Shown piece after piece: positions 8,471 through 17,629 of a stretch of 64,000 nucleotides of DNA. A program made the position numbers and the translations under genes. Each line of letters begins with the position of its first letter. The stretch's first letter is position 1. The notes under the pieces were generated by a model that saw nothing but the letters and a program-made list of their open reading frames with translations, made no database searches and was not told the DNA's origin. The stretch spans positions 7,819-71,818 of the forward strand of contig JAJZRA010000003.1 of NCBI GenBank assembly GCA_021847485.1, in the 5' to 3' direction. The stretch comes from a bacterium (lineage in GTDB: Bacteria; Elusimicrobiota; Elusimicrobia; Elusimicrobiales; UBA9959).

Positions 8471-9460
8471 ATGAACTGGCGCGGGCGCAAGGTCTTTATC
8501 ACGGGCGGCAGCGGCTTCATAGGGAGCCACCTGACGGAACGGCTGGTCACCAGCGGCGCGAAAGTCACCGCGCTGCTGGAGTACACGCCCTATAACGACC
8601 TGGGCTGCCTGCGCCACGTCCCCAGGAACGTCGTCTCCCAGCTCGAGCTGGTCCCCGGCGACCTGCGCGACCCGGAGACGATCAAGAAGCTGCTGCGCGG
8701 CAAGGACGTCGTGTTCCACCTCGGGGCCCTCGTGGGTATACCGTACTCCTACGTGAACCCCCGCGAGGTCTTCGAGGTGAACGCCGTCGGCACGCTGAAC
8801 CTGCTGCTCGCCGCCCGCGACGGCGGCGCCAGCAAGGTGGTCACCACGTCCACCTCGGAGGTGTACGGCACCGCGCTCTACACCCCGATAGACGAGGACC
8901 ACCCGCTGCAGGCCCAGTCCCCCTATTCCGCCAGCAAGATAGCCGCCGACAAGGTGGCCGAAGCCTTCCACAAGACCTACGGCGTGCCGGTGGCCACGCT
9001 GCGCCCTTTCAACACCTACGGGCCCAGGCAGTCCGACCGGGCCATCATACCGACCATCATCATCCAGGCCCTGAAGAAAAAGAAGATCACGCTGGGCTCG
9101 CTGACGCCCCGCCGGGACATGAACTACGTCCTCGACACGGTGGACGGCTTCATCAAGACCGCCGAGTCCCCCCGCGCCGTGGGCGAGGTCATAAACATCG
9201 GCACCGGCAAGGACAGTTCGGTGGGCGAGATCGCCTCCGCGATCCTGAAGGTCATGGGCAAAAAAATGCCGGTGACCTCCACCAAGGACCGCAAGCGCCC
9301 CAAGGGCAGCGAGGTCATGCAGCTGCTCTGCGACAATTCCAAGGCCAGGGAACTCATAGGCTGGGAGCCGAAGACCTCGCTCGAGGCCGGCCTAAAGCAC
9401 ACTGCGGACTGGATCAAGTCCCACTCCGAGGGGTATGACGCGGACAAGTACCAGATCTAA
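8471..9460 (+). CDS. NAD-dependent NDP-sugar 4,6-dehydratase/epimerase (extended SDR)
   Basis: GGSGFIGSH Rossmann loop. STSEVYG and YSASK catalytic motifs. GGAGGG RBS. Confidence 0.85.
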   Translation: MNWRGRKVFITGGSGFIGSHLTERLVTSGAKVTALLEYTPYNDLGCLRHVPRNVVSQLELVPGDLRDPETIKKLLRGKDVVFHLGALVGIPYSYVNPREVFEVNAVGTLNLLLAARDGGASKVVTTSTSEVYGTALYTPIDEDHPLQAQSPYSASKIAADKVAEAFHKTYGVPVATLRPFNTYGPRQSDRAIIPTIIIQALKKKKITLGSLTPRRDMNYVLDTVDGFIKTAESPRAVGEVINIGTGKDSSVGEIASAILKVMGKKMPVTSTKDRKRPKGSEVMQLLCDNSKARELIGWEPKTSLEAGLKHTADWIKSHSEGYDADKYQI

Positions 9461-9479
9461 GGAACGCCGGGGAGAAGCC

Positions 9480-10175
9480 ATGCAAGCCGTCATCATAGCA
9501 GGAGGCTGCGGCACGCGCCTGCGCCCTTTCACCTTCTCCATCCCCAAGCCCCTGCTGCCGGTGGGCGAGAAGCCGATCCTCGAGTATATGGTGAGGCGGC
9601 TGCGCGAACTGGCCATCACCGACATCACGCTGACGCTCGGCTACGGCGCGGAGCTGATAGAGGCCTACTTCGGCGACGGCCGCAAGTTCGGCGTGAAGAT
9701 CAATTACACGCGCGAGAAGAAGCCGCTCGGCACGGCGGGCCCGCTCAGGCAGATCCGAGGCCTCAAGGGCCCGGTCCTCGTGGTTAACGGCGACATCCTG
9801 ACCCGCCTCGATTTCAACCGCCTGCGCGACTTCCACCAGAAGAACCGCGCGGACCTGACGATAGCCGTAAAGAAATACGCCGACCGCCTGCCCTTCGGCA
9901 CGGTGGAGATAGCCGGCGACGCCGTGACCGGCATCACCGAGAAGCCGGAGAAGGAATACCTGATCTCCACCGGCATCTACGTGCTGGGGCGCGGGGCGCT
10001 GGAGTCCGTGCCGCGCGGGACCTTCTTCACGATGCCCGACCTGATCAAGGCCCTGGTCCGCCGCGGCCGGCGCGTGCTGAAGTACGAGTTCGAGGACTAC
10101 TGGCTGGGCATCGAGCGCATCTCGCAGCTCGAGGAGGCCACGCAGACCGCCAGGGCCTGGACGCGCGAACAATGA
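9480..10175 (+). CDS. Sugar-1-phosphate nucleotidyltransferase
   Basis: IIAGGCGTRLRPFTFSIPKPLLPV signature. Trimmed to the ATG at 9480. Confidence 0.85.
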   Translation: MQAVIIAGGCGTRLRPFTFSIPKPLLPVGEKPILEYMVRRLRELAITDITLTLGYGAELIEAYFGDGRKFGVKINYTREKKPLGTAGPLRQIRGLKGPVLVVNGDILTRLDFNRLRDFHQKNRADLTIAVKKYADRLPFGTVEIAGDAVTGITEKPEKEYLISTGIYVLGRGALESVPRGTFFTMPDLIKALVRRGRRVLKYEFEDYWLGIERISQLEEATQTARAWTREQ

Positions 10176-10849
10176 AACTTTCCGTCATCATCCCCGTCTA
10201 CAACGAAGCCGCCACCATCCGGGAGATCATCTCCCGCGTGCGCCGGGTAGAGGTCGGCATGCCCAAGGAGATCATCGTGGTGGACGGCGCCTCCTCCGAC
10301 GGCACCCGCGAGAAGCTCAAAGCCGAGGAGGCCGCCCCGGACACCCGCGTGATCTACGAGGACCGGCGCGAGGGCAAAGGGGCCGCGGTGCAGAAAGGCC
10401 TGGAGCTCGCCGCCGGCGACATCGTGCTGATACAGGACGCCGACCTGGAGGTCAGCCCCGAGGAGTACCCGGCCCTGCTCAAGCACATCGTGGCCAACGA
10501 GACCGACGTGGTCTTCGGGTCGCGCTTCCTCGGCAAGGCCCGGTTCCGCTACGCCAGCCTCTTCGCCAACAAGGTCCTGATCACGCTGGCCAACCTGCTC
10601 TACGGCACCGGACTGACCGACATCCTGACCTGCTACAAGGTCTTCCGGGCCTCCGCGCTCAAAGGGCTCTCCTTCGAGTGCAAGGGCTTCGATTTCGACT
10701 GCGAGCTGGCGGTCAAGCTTATCCGCAAAGGCGTCAAGATCCTGGAGATCCCGATCAGCTACAACCCGCGCACCTACGGCGAGGGCAAGAAGATCAACTG
10801 GAGGGACGGGTTCAAGTCGCTGCGCGTGGTGGTCAAGAACCGGTTCTAA
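10172..10849 (+). CDS. Glycosyltransferase family 2 (short polyprenyl-phosphate glycosyltransferase type)
   Basis: VIIPVYNE, VVDGASSDGT and QDADLE motifs. ATGA overlap with the upstream gene. Confidence 0.8.
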   Translation: MKLSVIIPVYNEAATIREIISRVRRVEVGMPKEIIVVDGASSDGTREKLKAEEAAPDTRVIYEDRREGKGAAVQKGLELAAGDIVLIQDADLEVSPEEYPALLKHIVANETDVVFGSRFLGKARFRYASLFANKVLITLANLLYGTGLTDILTCYKVFRASALKGLSFECKGFDFDCELAVKLIRKGVKILEIPISYNPRTYGEGKKINWRDGFKSLRVVVKNRF

Positions 10850-10861
10850 CCGGCCCATAAC

Positions 10862-12283
10862 ATGAAAGTACTGGTCCTCAACCCGTTCTACGGAGAAGAT
10901 TTCTGCCGGTCTGCCCGCTGGGCCGCCAAGTCGCGCGGCCGCGTGCAGCGCCACCCCGACTGGCTGCTTACGGCCGTGGCCGTGCTGGAGCGCGGCGGCC
11001 ACGAGGTGAAGTTCATCGACGCCGCTGCGCTGAACCTGGACCTGGCGGCCGTGACCGCCATGGCCGCGGAGTTCAAGCCCGCCCTCGCCGTGGTCCACAC
11101 CACCACCCCTTCCATCTATTCCGACCTGGAGCACGCAAAGGCCCTCAAGAACGCCTGCGGCTGCCGCACCGTGCTGGTGGGGCCCCACGTCACCGCTCTG
11201 CCCGGGGACACCTTCGCCATAGCCGCCGGCGCGGCCGACTTCATCGCCAGGGGTGAATACGACTACCAGCTGCTCGACCTGGCCGACGGCAAGGACCCGG
11301 CCGCCGTCCCCGGCCTGAGCTACCTGTCCGGCGGCAAAGCGGTCAGCAACCCCTACGGCGCGCCGATAGACGTGAACACCCTGCCATTCCCCGCGTGGCG
11401 CCACATCGAGCCGGAATGGTACAAGGACGTGGCCAAGCGCTTCCCGTTCCTGACGCTGATCTCGGGGCGCGGCTGCCTCGGCCGCTGCACGTTCTGCCGC
11501 GACACGACCGAATCAATGCACGGCCGCCACATGCGGCTGCGCTCGCCCTCCGCCATCGTCGACGAGATGGAGTACGACCTCAAGCTTTTCCCGCAGCTGC
11601 GCGAGATCATGTTCGAGACGGATACGCTGACGGGCTCCCCGGGCCACCTGCGCTCGCTCTGCGAGGAGATCCTTAAGCGCGGGCTGAAGGTCACGTGGAG
11701 CTGCAACACCCGCGTGGACATGGACCTGTCGCTGCTGCCGCTGATGCGCAAGGCGGGCTGCCGCATGCTGATGATCGGCTTCGAGTTCGGCACGCAGGAG
11801 GCGCTGGACGCCGTCAAGAAGGGGGTCACGCTGGACCAGTCACGGAAGTTCGCCGCCGAGGCCTCCCGGCTGGGATTTACGCTGCACGGCTGCTTCATGG
11901 TGGGCGCTCCCGGCGAGACCAAGGAGTCCGCCCGGGCCACGATAGAGCTCGCCAAGAGCCTGCCGCTGGACACGGTGCAGTTCTCCGGGATCTGCGTCTA
12001 CCCCGGCACCGAGCTCTACGACTGGGCGAAAAAGAACGGCTACCTGGTCCCCAAGGACTGGCGGGACTGGGTCAGCCCTGAGCGCGAGCAGGTCACGCTG
12101 CTGAACTACCCCCAGCTTTCCAAATCGGAAATAGATTATTTTATAGACCGGGGCCTTAAGGAATTCTACCTGCGCCCGGCGCAGATGCTGCGGATGCTTT
12201 TCTCTTCTCCGGCGGACCTGCTGCGCAAACTCTACGGCGCGCGCAGTTTCTTCTCCTACCTGCTCGGCCGCAAGAAGGGCTGA
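10862..12283 (+). CDS. Cobalamin-binding-domain radical SAM enzyme (class B type)
   Basis: N-terminal B12-binding-like Rossmann region. Radical SAM cluster motif CLGRCTFC (CxxxCxxC). Confidence 0.8.
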   Translation: MKVLVLNPFYGEDFCRSARWAAKSRGRVQRHPDWLLTAVAVLERGGHEVKFIDAAALNLDLAAVTAMAAEFKPALAVVHTTTPSIYSDLEHAKALKNACGCRTVLVGPHVTALPGDTFAIAAGAADFIARGEYDYQLLDLADGKDPAAVPGLSYLSGGKAVSNPYGAPIDVNTLPFPAWRHIEPEWYKDVAKRFPFLTLISGRGCLGRCTFCRDTTESMHGRHMRLRSPSAIVDEMEYDLKLFPQLREIMFETDTLTGSPGHLRSLCEEILKRGLKVTWSCNTRVDMDLSLLPLMRKAGCRMLMIGFEFGTQEALDAVKKGVTLDQSRKFAAEASRLGFTLHGCFMVGAPGETKESARATIELAKSLPLDTVQFSGICVYPGTELYDWAKKNGYLVPKDWRDWVSPEREQVTLLNYPQLSKSEIDYFIDRGLKEFYLRPAQMLRMLFSSPADLLRKLYGARSFFSYLLGRKKG

Positions 12284-12294
12284 ACCGCCTCAGC

Positions 12295-12325
12295 CTGCGG
12301 GCCGCTCAGGAAGACCGGCCCGCAG
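12295..12325. terminator. Intergenic hairpin between convergent genes (possible bidirectional terminator, no U-tract)
   Basis: CTGCGGGCCG (12295-12304) pairs perfectly with CGGCCCGCAG (12316-12325). Confidence 0.4.
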
Positions 12326-12337
12326 AAGCCTTAACCT

Positions 12338-13306
12338 TCATTTGCGCCCGTCCTTCAGCAGGAAACCGGCTCCCCAGGCCAGGCCCAGCACCCACGCGAA
12401 ACCCCGGAAATAGAACAGCACCGCGGAGCAGAACAGGCGCGGCGAACCGGAAGCGCGCACGCCGAACAGCACCGACGGGGAATTGACCAGGAAAGCCGCC
12501 AGGTTCAGCGCCAGCGCGGGCAGGCGGAGCTCCGGCACGAAAGGCGAGGCCGCGAGGCAGGTCAGCGCCGCTGCGAACAGCGGCGGCTGGAGCGCGTCCA
12601 GGAAATTACTGTAGCCCGGGGCGCCGGTGCTGCCGTTCTTGGCTAGCAGCTTCATGATCCAGTAGCCGCGCCAGAACTGCTGGCGCACGAAATGGACTGC
12701 CCCGGTCGGGAAGTGGTGGTAGACCAGGCAATCCTTCTCGAAACGGAACCGGTGGCCGGCCTTGCGCAGCCGGAAGGACAGGTCCGAGTCCTCGCCGCAG
12801 GCGATGCGGAAGCTCTCGTCGAAACCGCCGGCCTCCTCGAGCGCGGAACGGCGGACCGCCAGGCTGAACGACCCCAGGTAGGACACTTCCGCGCCCAGCC
12901 TGGCGTGCCGATACTGGATGTCGTAATGTATGCATTGCGCCACCAGGCTCTCCGGATTCCTTATGCCGTAGCTGCCGCCCGCCGCCGAGACGGACGGGTC
13001 GGAGAAGAGCGCCAGCAGTTTCTCCACCCAGCGCGGCTCGGGCACGCAGTCGGAGTCGGTAAAGAAAACTATCTCTCCCGAGGAGGAACGCCAGCCAAGG
13101 TTGCGGGCCTTGGCCGGGCCGGCGTTCTCCTGGCGCAGGTACTTCACCGGCCTGGAGCGGACGGCCGCCGCGGTGCCGTCGGTGGAGCCGTCGTCTACCA
13201 CCAGGACTTCCAGGTCCTTTACGGTCTGCGCCAGCAGGGCGTCCACCGCCAGGCCGATCGTCCTGGCCCCGTTGTATACCGGTACGACTACTGAAACTTT
13301 CGGCAT
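12338..13306 (-). CDS. Glycosyltransferase family 2 with C-terminal membrane segments
   Basis: VVVPVYNG, VVDDGSTDGT and TDSDCVP motifs. Hydrophobic C-terminal third. Confidence 0.85.
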   Translation of the reverse strand: MPKVSVVVPVYNGARTIGLAVDALLAQTVKDLEVLVVDDGSTDGTAAAVRSRPVKYLRQENAGPAKARNLGWRSSSGEIVFFTDSDCVPEPRWVEKLLALFSDPSVSAAGGSYGIRNPESLVAQCIHYDIQYRHARLGAEVSYLGSFSLAVRRSALEEAGGFDESFRIACGEDSDLSFRLRKAGHRFRFEKDCLVYHHFPTGAVHFVRQQFWRGYWIMKLLAKNGSTGAPGYSNFLDALQPPLFAAALTCLAASPFVPELRLPALALNLAAFLVNSPSVLFGVRASGSPRLFCSAVLFYFRGFAWVLGLAWGAGFLLKDGRK

Positions 13307-13311
13307 ATAGA

Positions 13312-14421
13312 CTATCTCTCCAGACCCGCTTCCCTGAGCCAGGCGGCGGTCACGGCGGGCCAGGCGAAGTTCTTCAGCACCCAGTCCCTGCCCGCGGCCG
13401 CCCGGCGCGCGGCCGCGGCAGGATCGGCCGCTACCGCCTCCACCTTGCGGGCAAAATCCCCCGCGTCTTCGGCTATCTCCACGAAATCCCCGAACAGTTC
13501 TATGTCCCCCCCGCGGCTGGAAACCACCGGCAGGCCGAGGGCCAGATATTCGCGGACCTTGATCTGCGAGCGGTAGCGGTCGCGCGGCTCGTGGCTCAGC
13601 AGGAAATTCACGGCGATGCTCCCGCGGCGCATATAGGCCAGGGCCTCTTCGTGCGGCAGGTAGCCGGTGAAGCGCACCCGGTCCTTGACGCCCAGGGCCT
13701 CCGCCTTACGCTCCAGCTCCGGCTGCAGTTCCCCGCCCCCGATGACCAGGAGGCGGTAACGGACGCCCAGGCCCGCGAAGATCTCCAGCAGCGGCCCAAG
13801 GGCCGCGGCCGGGCCGAGGTGGGCCGCGTAGACCAGCGTCACGGCGCGGTCCCAGCCCGCCGGCAGTTCCGGCAGCTGACGCGGAGGGCCGTACTTTTCC
13901 GGGGTTATCCCCTGCGCCAGCGTGGTGACGCGGGCCCCGGGGATCCCGCGGGCTACGAGGTATTCCCGCAGCGCGGCGTTATGCACGCAGACCGTGTCCG
14001 CCCGCTTCAGGAAAAAAAGCTGCATGGCCTCTATGACGCGGCGGGCAAGGGGCCCGGAAGCGTAGCCGGAGTCCAGGTCGTCGAAATCCGCGGCGACCCG
14101 GCTGCCGTAAAGGGCCCGGGCCAGCAGGGCCGGCAGGGCGGTATGCGGGAAAGGCTTCATTACCATCACGGCGCCGGGCCTGACGGCGCGCAGGAGCGCA
14201 AGGTTGGCGCATAGCGCCGGCAGTACCCAGAGGGCAGGCGCGGAGAACCGGCCGCTCAGGCGGTGCAGGCGGAACCCCTCGGCGCCGGGGGAACCTTCGG
14301 GGCCGCAGGGCTCGGAATAATCCACTTCGTGGCCGAGGGCGCCGAGGGCGCCGCAGATCCCGCGGTTCCTTATGGAACTGCCGCTGCGGCTCGACAGGGA
14401 GGAGAGGACGCAGAATTTCAT
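13312..14421 (-). CDS. Glycosyltransferase family 1 (GT-B fold, GT4-like)
   Basis: Trimmed to MKFCVLSS... at 14421 (ATGA overlap with the upstream gene). C-terminal EYLALGLPVVSSRGGD... motif block is typical of GT1. Confidence 0.75.
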   Translation of the reverse strand: MKFCVLSSLSSRSGSSIRNRGICGALGALGHEVDYSEPCGPEGSPGAEGFRLHRLSGRFSAPALWVLPALCANLALLRAVRPGAVMVMKPFPHTALPALLARALYGSRVAADFDDLDSGYASGPLARRVIEAMQLFFLKRADTVCVHNAALREYLVARGIPGARVTTLAQGITPEKYGPPRQLPELPAGWDRAVTLVYAAHLGPAAALGPLLEIFAGLGVRYRLLVIGGGELQPELERKAEALGVKDRVRFTGYLPHEEALAYMRRGSIAVNFLLSHEPRDRYRSQIKVREYLALGLPVVSSRGGDIELFGDFVEIAEDAGDFARKVEAVAADPAAAARRAAAGRDWVLKNFAWPAVTAAWLREAGLER

Positions 14422-15854
14422 CAGCGGACGTATTTCCGCCCGCTCAGCAGCAGAACCGCCAGCCGGTGGACGTACATGAGGAAGCCTTTTATGTTCCAAA
14501 GCAGGTCCAAGGGCTCTATCTTGGAAAGGATGAACGACGGCCTGAGCAGGAACTTCAGGTAGCCTTTGCGCTTCAGCTCGGCCAGCCGCGCCGCGGAGAG
14601 GGCCTCGGTCCTGAAGACCGGCTCCACCTCCAGCGGGTTGTACCGGCGCCAGTCGCGCGTCAGGATCAGGCCGCGCTCGTCGTAGTAGCGGTAGACGGCC
14701 GTGTTGGGGAAGGGGACGGCTATGGCGTACTGGCAATAATAGGGGTCTATCTCCGCGATGAAGCGGAAGGTCTCGGCGACGGTCTCCTCGGTCTCGCCCG
14801 GCAGGCCGAGGATGACGGAAGCTATGGACTTCATGCCGTGCTTGCGGCAGAGCGCGAACGCCTTGCGTATCTGGTCCAGCGTGATGCCTTTCTTGGCCAG
14901 GTCCAGGACCTTCTGGGAGCCGGACTCCACGCCGAAGCCTATCTCCACGCAGCCCGCCGCCTTGGCCGCGACCACCATCTCCTCGTCCAGCAGGTCCACG
15001 CGCGTGCAGATGCCGAACTTCAGGCCGAGGCCGCTGTCGGCCATGCGGCGGAAGATCTCCATCGTCCGCTCGCGCTTGAGCGAGATCGTATCGTCGAAAA
15101 AGACGAAGTTCTTAAGCCCGATGCCCTCCTTGAGCCACTTCAGTTCCTTCACCACGTTCTCCGCGGAGCGTTCGCGGTACTTGCTGCGGCAATAGGCGCA
15201 GAAGCTGCACTGGAACGGGCAGCCGCGGCTGGAGAGGACCAGCGTATAGACCGGGCCGAACAGGCTGGTCTTGTACGGGGCCATGGTCTCGAGCAGGTCG
15301 TAGGCCGGGAAAGGAAAATCGTCCAGGGCGGCGGGCAGTTCGGCGGCGGCGCCCTCGCGCACGGCTCCGCCCTCCAGCCAGGCCGCGGCGGGCGGCCGGA
15401 GACCGGCGGCCAGAGCGGCGCAGACCCGGGCTATTACCGACTCCGGCTCCATCAGCAGGAAATAATCCAGCTCCGGATGGCGCCGCATGAACGCGTCGCG
15501 CAGTTCCGGCACGTCGGAAAGTATCTTGTTGCGCGTCACCGCCAGCGCGCCGGGGACGGCGGCCTTTACCGCTTTGAGCGCCGCGGCGTCGGCGTCCTGT
15601 ACGTCGAAGGCTACGCGGGACAGGATGACCGCCGGGCCGAAGGCCGCGGCCCTGCGCACGACCTCTTCCAGGCCCAGGTCCAGCGCGTTGGCGTCTATAA
15701 GAGCGACCTCATGCCCGGCCCCGCGCAGCATGGAGGCGGAATACAGCAGCCCCAGGGGAGGCTGGACCATCTCGAAATCCTTGTGTTCGAAGCGTTCTTC
15801 CCGGATGACCGGGGCTCCGCCCACGCGGGGAAGGTTGATCAAAAGGATCTTCAT
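14421..15854 (-). CDS. Cobalamin-binding-domain radical SAM enzyme (class B type), paralogue of 10862..12283
   Basis: MKILLINLP... B12-binding-like N-terminus. CPFQCSFC cluster motif. Trimmed to the ATG at 15854. Confidence 0.8.
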   Translation of the reverse strand: MKILLINLPRVGGAPVIREERFEHKDFEMVQPPLGLLYSASMLRGAGHEVALIDANALDLGLEEVVRRAAAFGPAVILSRVAFDVQDADAAALKAVKAAVPGALAVTRNKILSDVPELRDAFMRRHPELDYFLLMEPESVIARVCAALAAGLRPPAAAWLEGGAVREGAAAELPAALDDFPFPAYDLLETMAPYKTSLFGPVYTLVLSSRGCPFQCSFCAYCRSKYRERSAENVVKELKWLKEGIGLKNFVFFDDTISLKRERTMEIFRRMADSGLGLKFGICTRVDLLDEEMVVAAKAAGCVEIGFGVESGSQKVLDLAKKGITLDQIRKAFALCRKHGMKSIASVILGLPGETEETVAETFRFIAEIDPYYCQYAIAVPFPNTAVYRYYDERGLILTRDWRRYNPLEVEPVFRTEALSAARLAELKRKGYLKFLLRPSFILSKIEPLDLLWNIKGFLMYVHRLAVLLLSGRKYVR

Positions 15855-15871
15855 AACCGGTTGTTGCGACC

Positions 15872-15886
15872 ATACAATTATTGTAT
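15872..15886. promoter_or_regulatory. Palindromic candidate operator in a divergent promoter region
   Basis: ATACAAT-T-ATTGTAT (7-bp arms), centred in the 52-bp gap between divergent starts at 15854 and 15907. Confidence 0.35.
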
Positions 15887-15906
15887 ATTTGAGTGTCCCC
15901 CGCAAT

Positions 15907-17502
15907 ATGACGAGACCGGAAAAACTGAGGCTGGCCGCCGTAGTCCTGCTCTATCTGGTCCCCGTGCTGGCCGGCATCCGCTGGGGCCTGCCTAACTCCT
16001 GGCACGTAAACACCTATCACTGCGACGAGAACTCCCCCATGGCCAGTCTTCAGGCCATGCACCCTTCCAGGCTTGACTTTAACCCCGTAGGAGAGAGAAC
16101 GCCTCACGCCCTGGGGGACGGCACCTTCCATATCTACACGCTGGGGGCCGCTTTCAAGGCGCTGACCGCCGCCCGGGCCCTGAAGCTGACCGCCGACAGG
16201 GAATTCTATTATTCCCACCCCTCGGAGTGGGCCCGCTTCTACCTGGCCGGGCGCGGCCTCTCCGCCGTTTACGGCGCCCTCTCGGTAATAGCCCTCTACC
16301 TGCTCGCCAGGTCCATGTTCGGCCCGTCCGCGGCTCTGCTCGCCGCCCTTTTCCTGGCCCTGGCCCCGGTCCAGTCGGTCTACGGGCGCTATATGCTTGT
16401 GAACGGACCAGGCGCGTTCTGGGCGATCCTGTCGCTTTTATTTCTTAAGCGCCTAATGGACACGGGCGAGACCCGCTTCTACCTGCTTTCGGCCGCCTCT
16501 ATCGGGATAGCCGTTTCCACCCGCTACTCCGGGGCTCCGCTGCTGCTGCCTTACCTGGCCGCGCATTTCCTCGGGCCGCGGCGGCGGGAGCTCAAGCCCC
16601 TCCTGCTGGGAGCGCCGGTAATTGCGGCGGCTTTCCTGGCTGGCACCCCTTACGCCGCGCTCGACTACCCGGATTTTCTCAAAGGGGTCCGCGCGCTGTC
16701 CGGCACGATAGCCGAAGGCGCATCCCGGAACGGCCTGCCGGAAGCCGTCCTGGCGCTGCTGCGGACTTCCGCCGACAGCATAGGCGCCGCGATGACGGCC
16801 GCCGCTCTGGCGGGCCTGGGCTGGGCCGCGGTCAAGCGCACGAAGGACGACCTGCTGCTGGCCGCCTGGCTGCTGCCCATGCTGGCCATCTTCGCCAAAG
16901 CCGCCGGCGCCGTCACTCCCGGCAGGATGCTGCCCGTAGTTCCTTTCGCCGCGCTGCTGGCGGCCCGCCTGCTGGCTCAGGCCGGCGAGAAGCTGCCCTC
17001 CCTGCGCAACGCGGCTGCGGCCCTCATCCTGGCCGAACTGCTGCTCCTGCAGGCCGCTACGGTCCGCCTGGCGCTGCGCGAGGACCCGCGCGACGAGGCC
17101 TCGCGCTGGCTGGCGGAGAACGCCGGGCCCCGCGCGGCCATCGGGCTGGTGCGGGAGCCTTCCTGGTTCTACCCCGGGGTCATAGAACTGAAGTACAGGC
17201 ACCCCGGGCTGCCGGCCCTCGGTGACGCGGCCATAGTACCGTTAAGCCGGGATTGGAATTACGGCTGCGGCTACGAGCTGTTGGGGCGGAAACTCCCGGA
17301 CCTGGTCGTAACTACCAGCATCGACGCCCGGTATGCCGGCGACGCGGGTCTGGAACCTGAGCTCAGAAGGCTGGGCTATTCCAAGGCGGCCGAGTTCGGA
17401 GCGGACTTCTCCCTCCTGGGGATCAGGCTGAGACGCCGCCTCCCGGTGATGCTGATGACGCCCGATTGGATACGGATCTACTCCAGGCCGGGCAAGAGCT
17501 GA
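15907..17502 (+). CDS. GT-C fold membrane glycosyltransferase (ArnT/PMT, GT39/GT83-like)
   Basis: Polytopic membrane protein with an acidic motif (HCDENS) in the first predicted loop. Overall resemblance to 4-amino-4-deoxy-L-arabinose transferase-like proteins. Trimmed to the ATG at 15907. Confidence 0.7.
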   Translation: MTRPEKLRLAAVVLLYLVPVLAGIRWGLPNSWHVNTYHCDENSPMASLQAMHPSRLDFNPVGERTPHALGDGTFHIYTLGAAFKALTAARALKLTADREFYYSHPSEWARFYLAGRGLSAVYGALSVIALYLLARSMFGPSAALLAALFLALAPVQSVYGRYMLVNGPGAFWAILSLLFLKRLMDTGETRFYLLSAASIGIAVSTRYSGAPLLLPYLAAHFLGPRRRELKPLLLGAPVIAAAFLAGTPYAALDYPDFLKGVRALSGTIAEGASRNGLPEAVLALLRTSADSIGAAMTAAALAGLGWAAVKRTKDDLLLAAWLLPMLAIFAKAAGAVTPGRMLPVVPFAALLAARLLAQAGEKLPSLRNAAAALILAELLLLQAATVRLALREDPRDEASRWLAENAGPRAAIGLVREPSWFYPGVIELKYRHPGLPALGDAAIVPLSRDWNYGCGYELLGRKLPDLVVTTSIDARYAGDAGLEPELRRLGYSKAAEFGADFSLLGIRLRRRLPVMLMTPDWIRIYSRPGKS

Positions 17503-17615
17503 ATATTTGCGGCGTTCCTAAGGCGCGGGCAGGCTGAAGAGCGCCCGGACGCGGCTCCGCGGCAAATGCTCCCGCCGGAGCCCCCCGGCGCGAGCGGCGG
17601 CCGGGGCTCTATTGG

Positions 17616-17621
17616 TATAAT
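17616..17621 (+). promoter_or_regulatory. Extended -10 box (TGGTATAAT), 8 nt upstream of the ATG at 17630
   Basis: ATTGGTATAAT is identical to the motif upstream of the gene starting at 55081. No Shine-Dalgarno is present. Confidence 0.5.
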
Positions 17622-17629
17622 ATCAGCCG

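Noticed and set aside
17520-17531. A 12-mer AAGGCGCGGGCA is shared with the repeat core (4432-4443 and 33841-33852). An 11-mer GCGCATAGCGC at 7257-7267 is shared with core hairpin P4.
   Set aside because: The matches are short and GC-rich with no extension on either side. They are probably chance, or generic small hairpins. They are worth re-checking only if a genome-wide repeat search is run.
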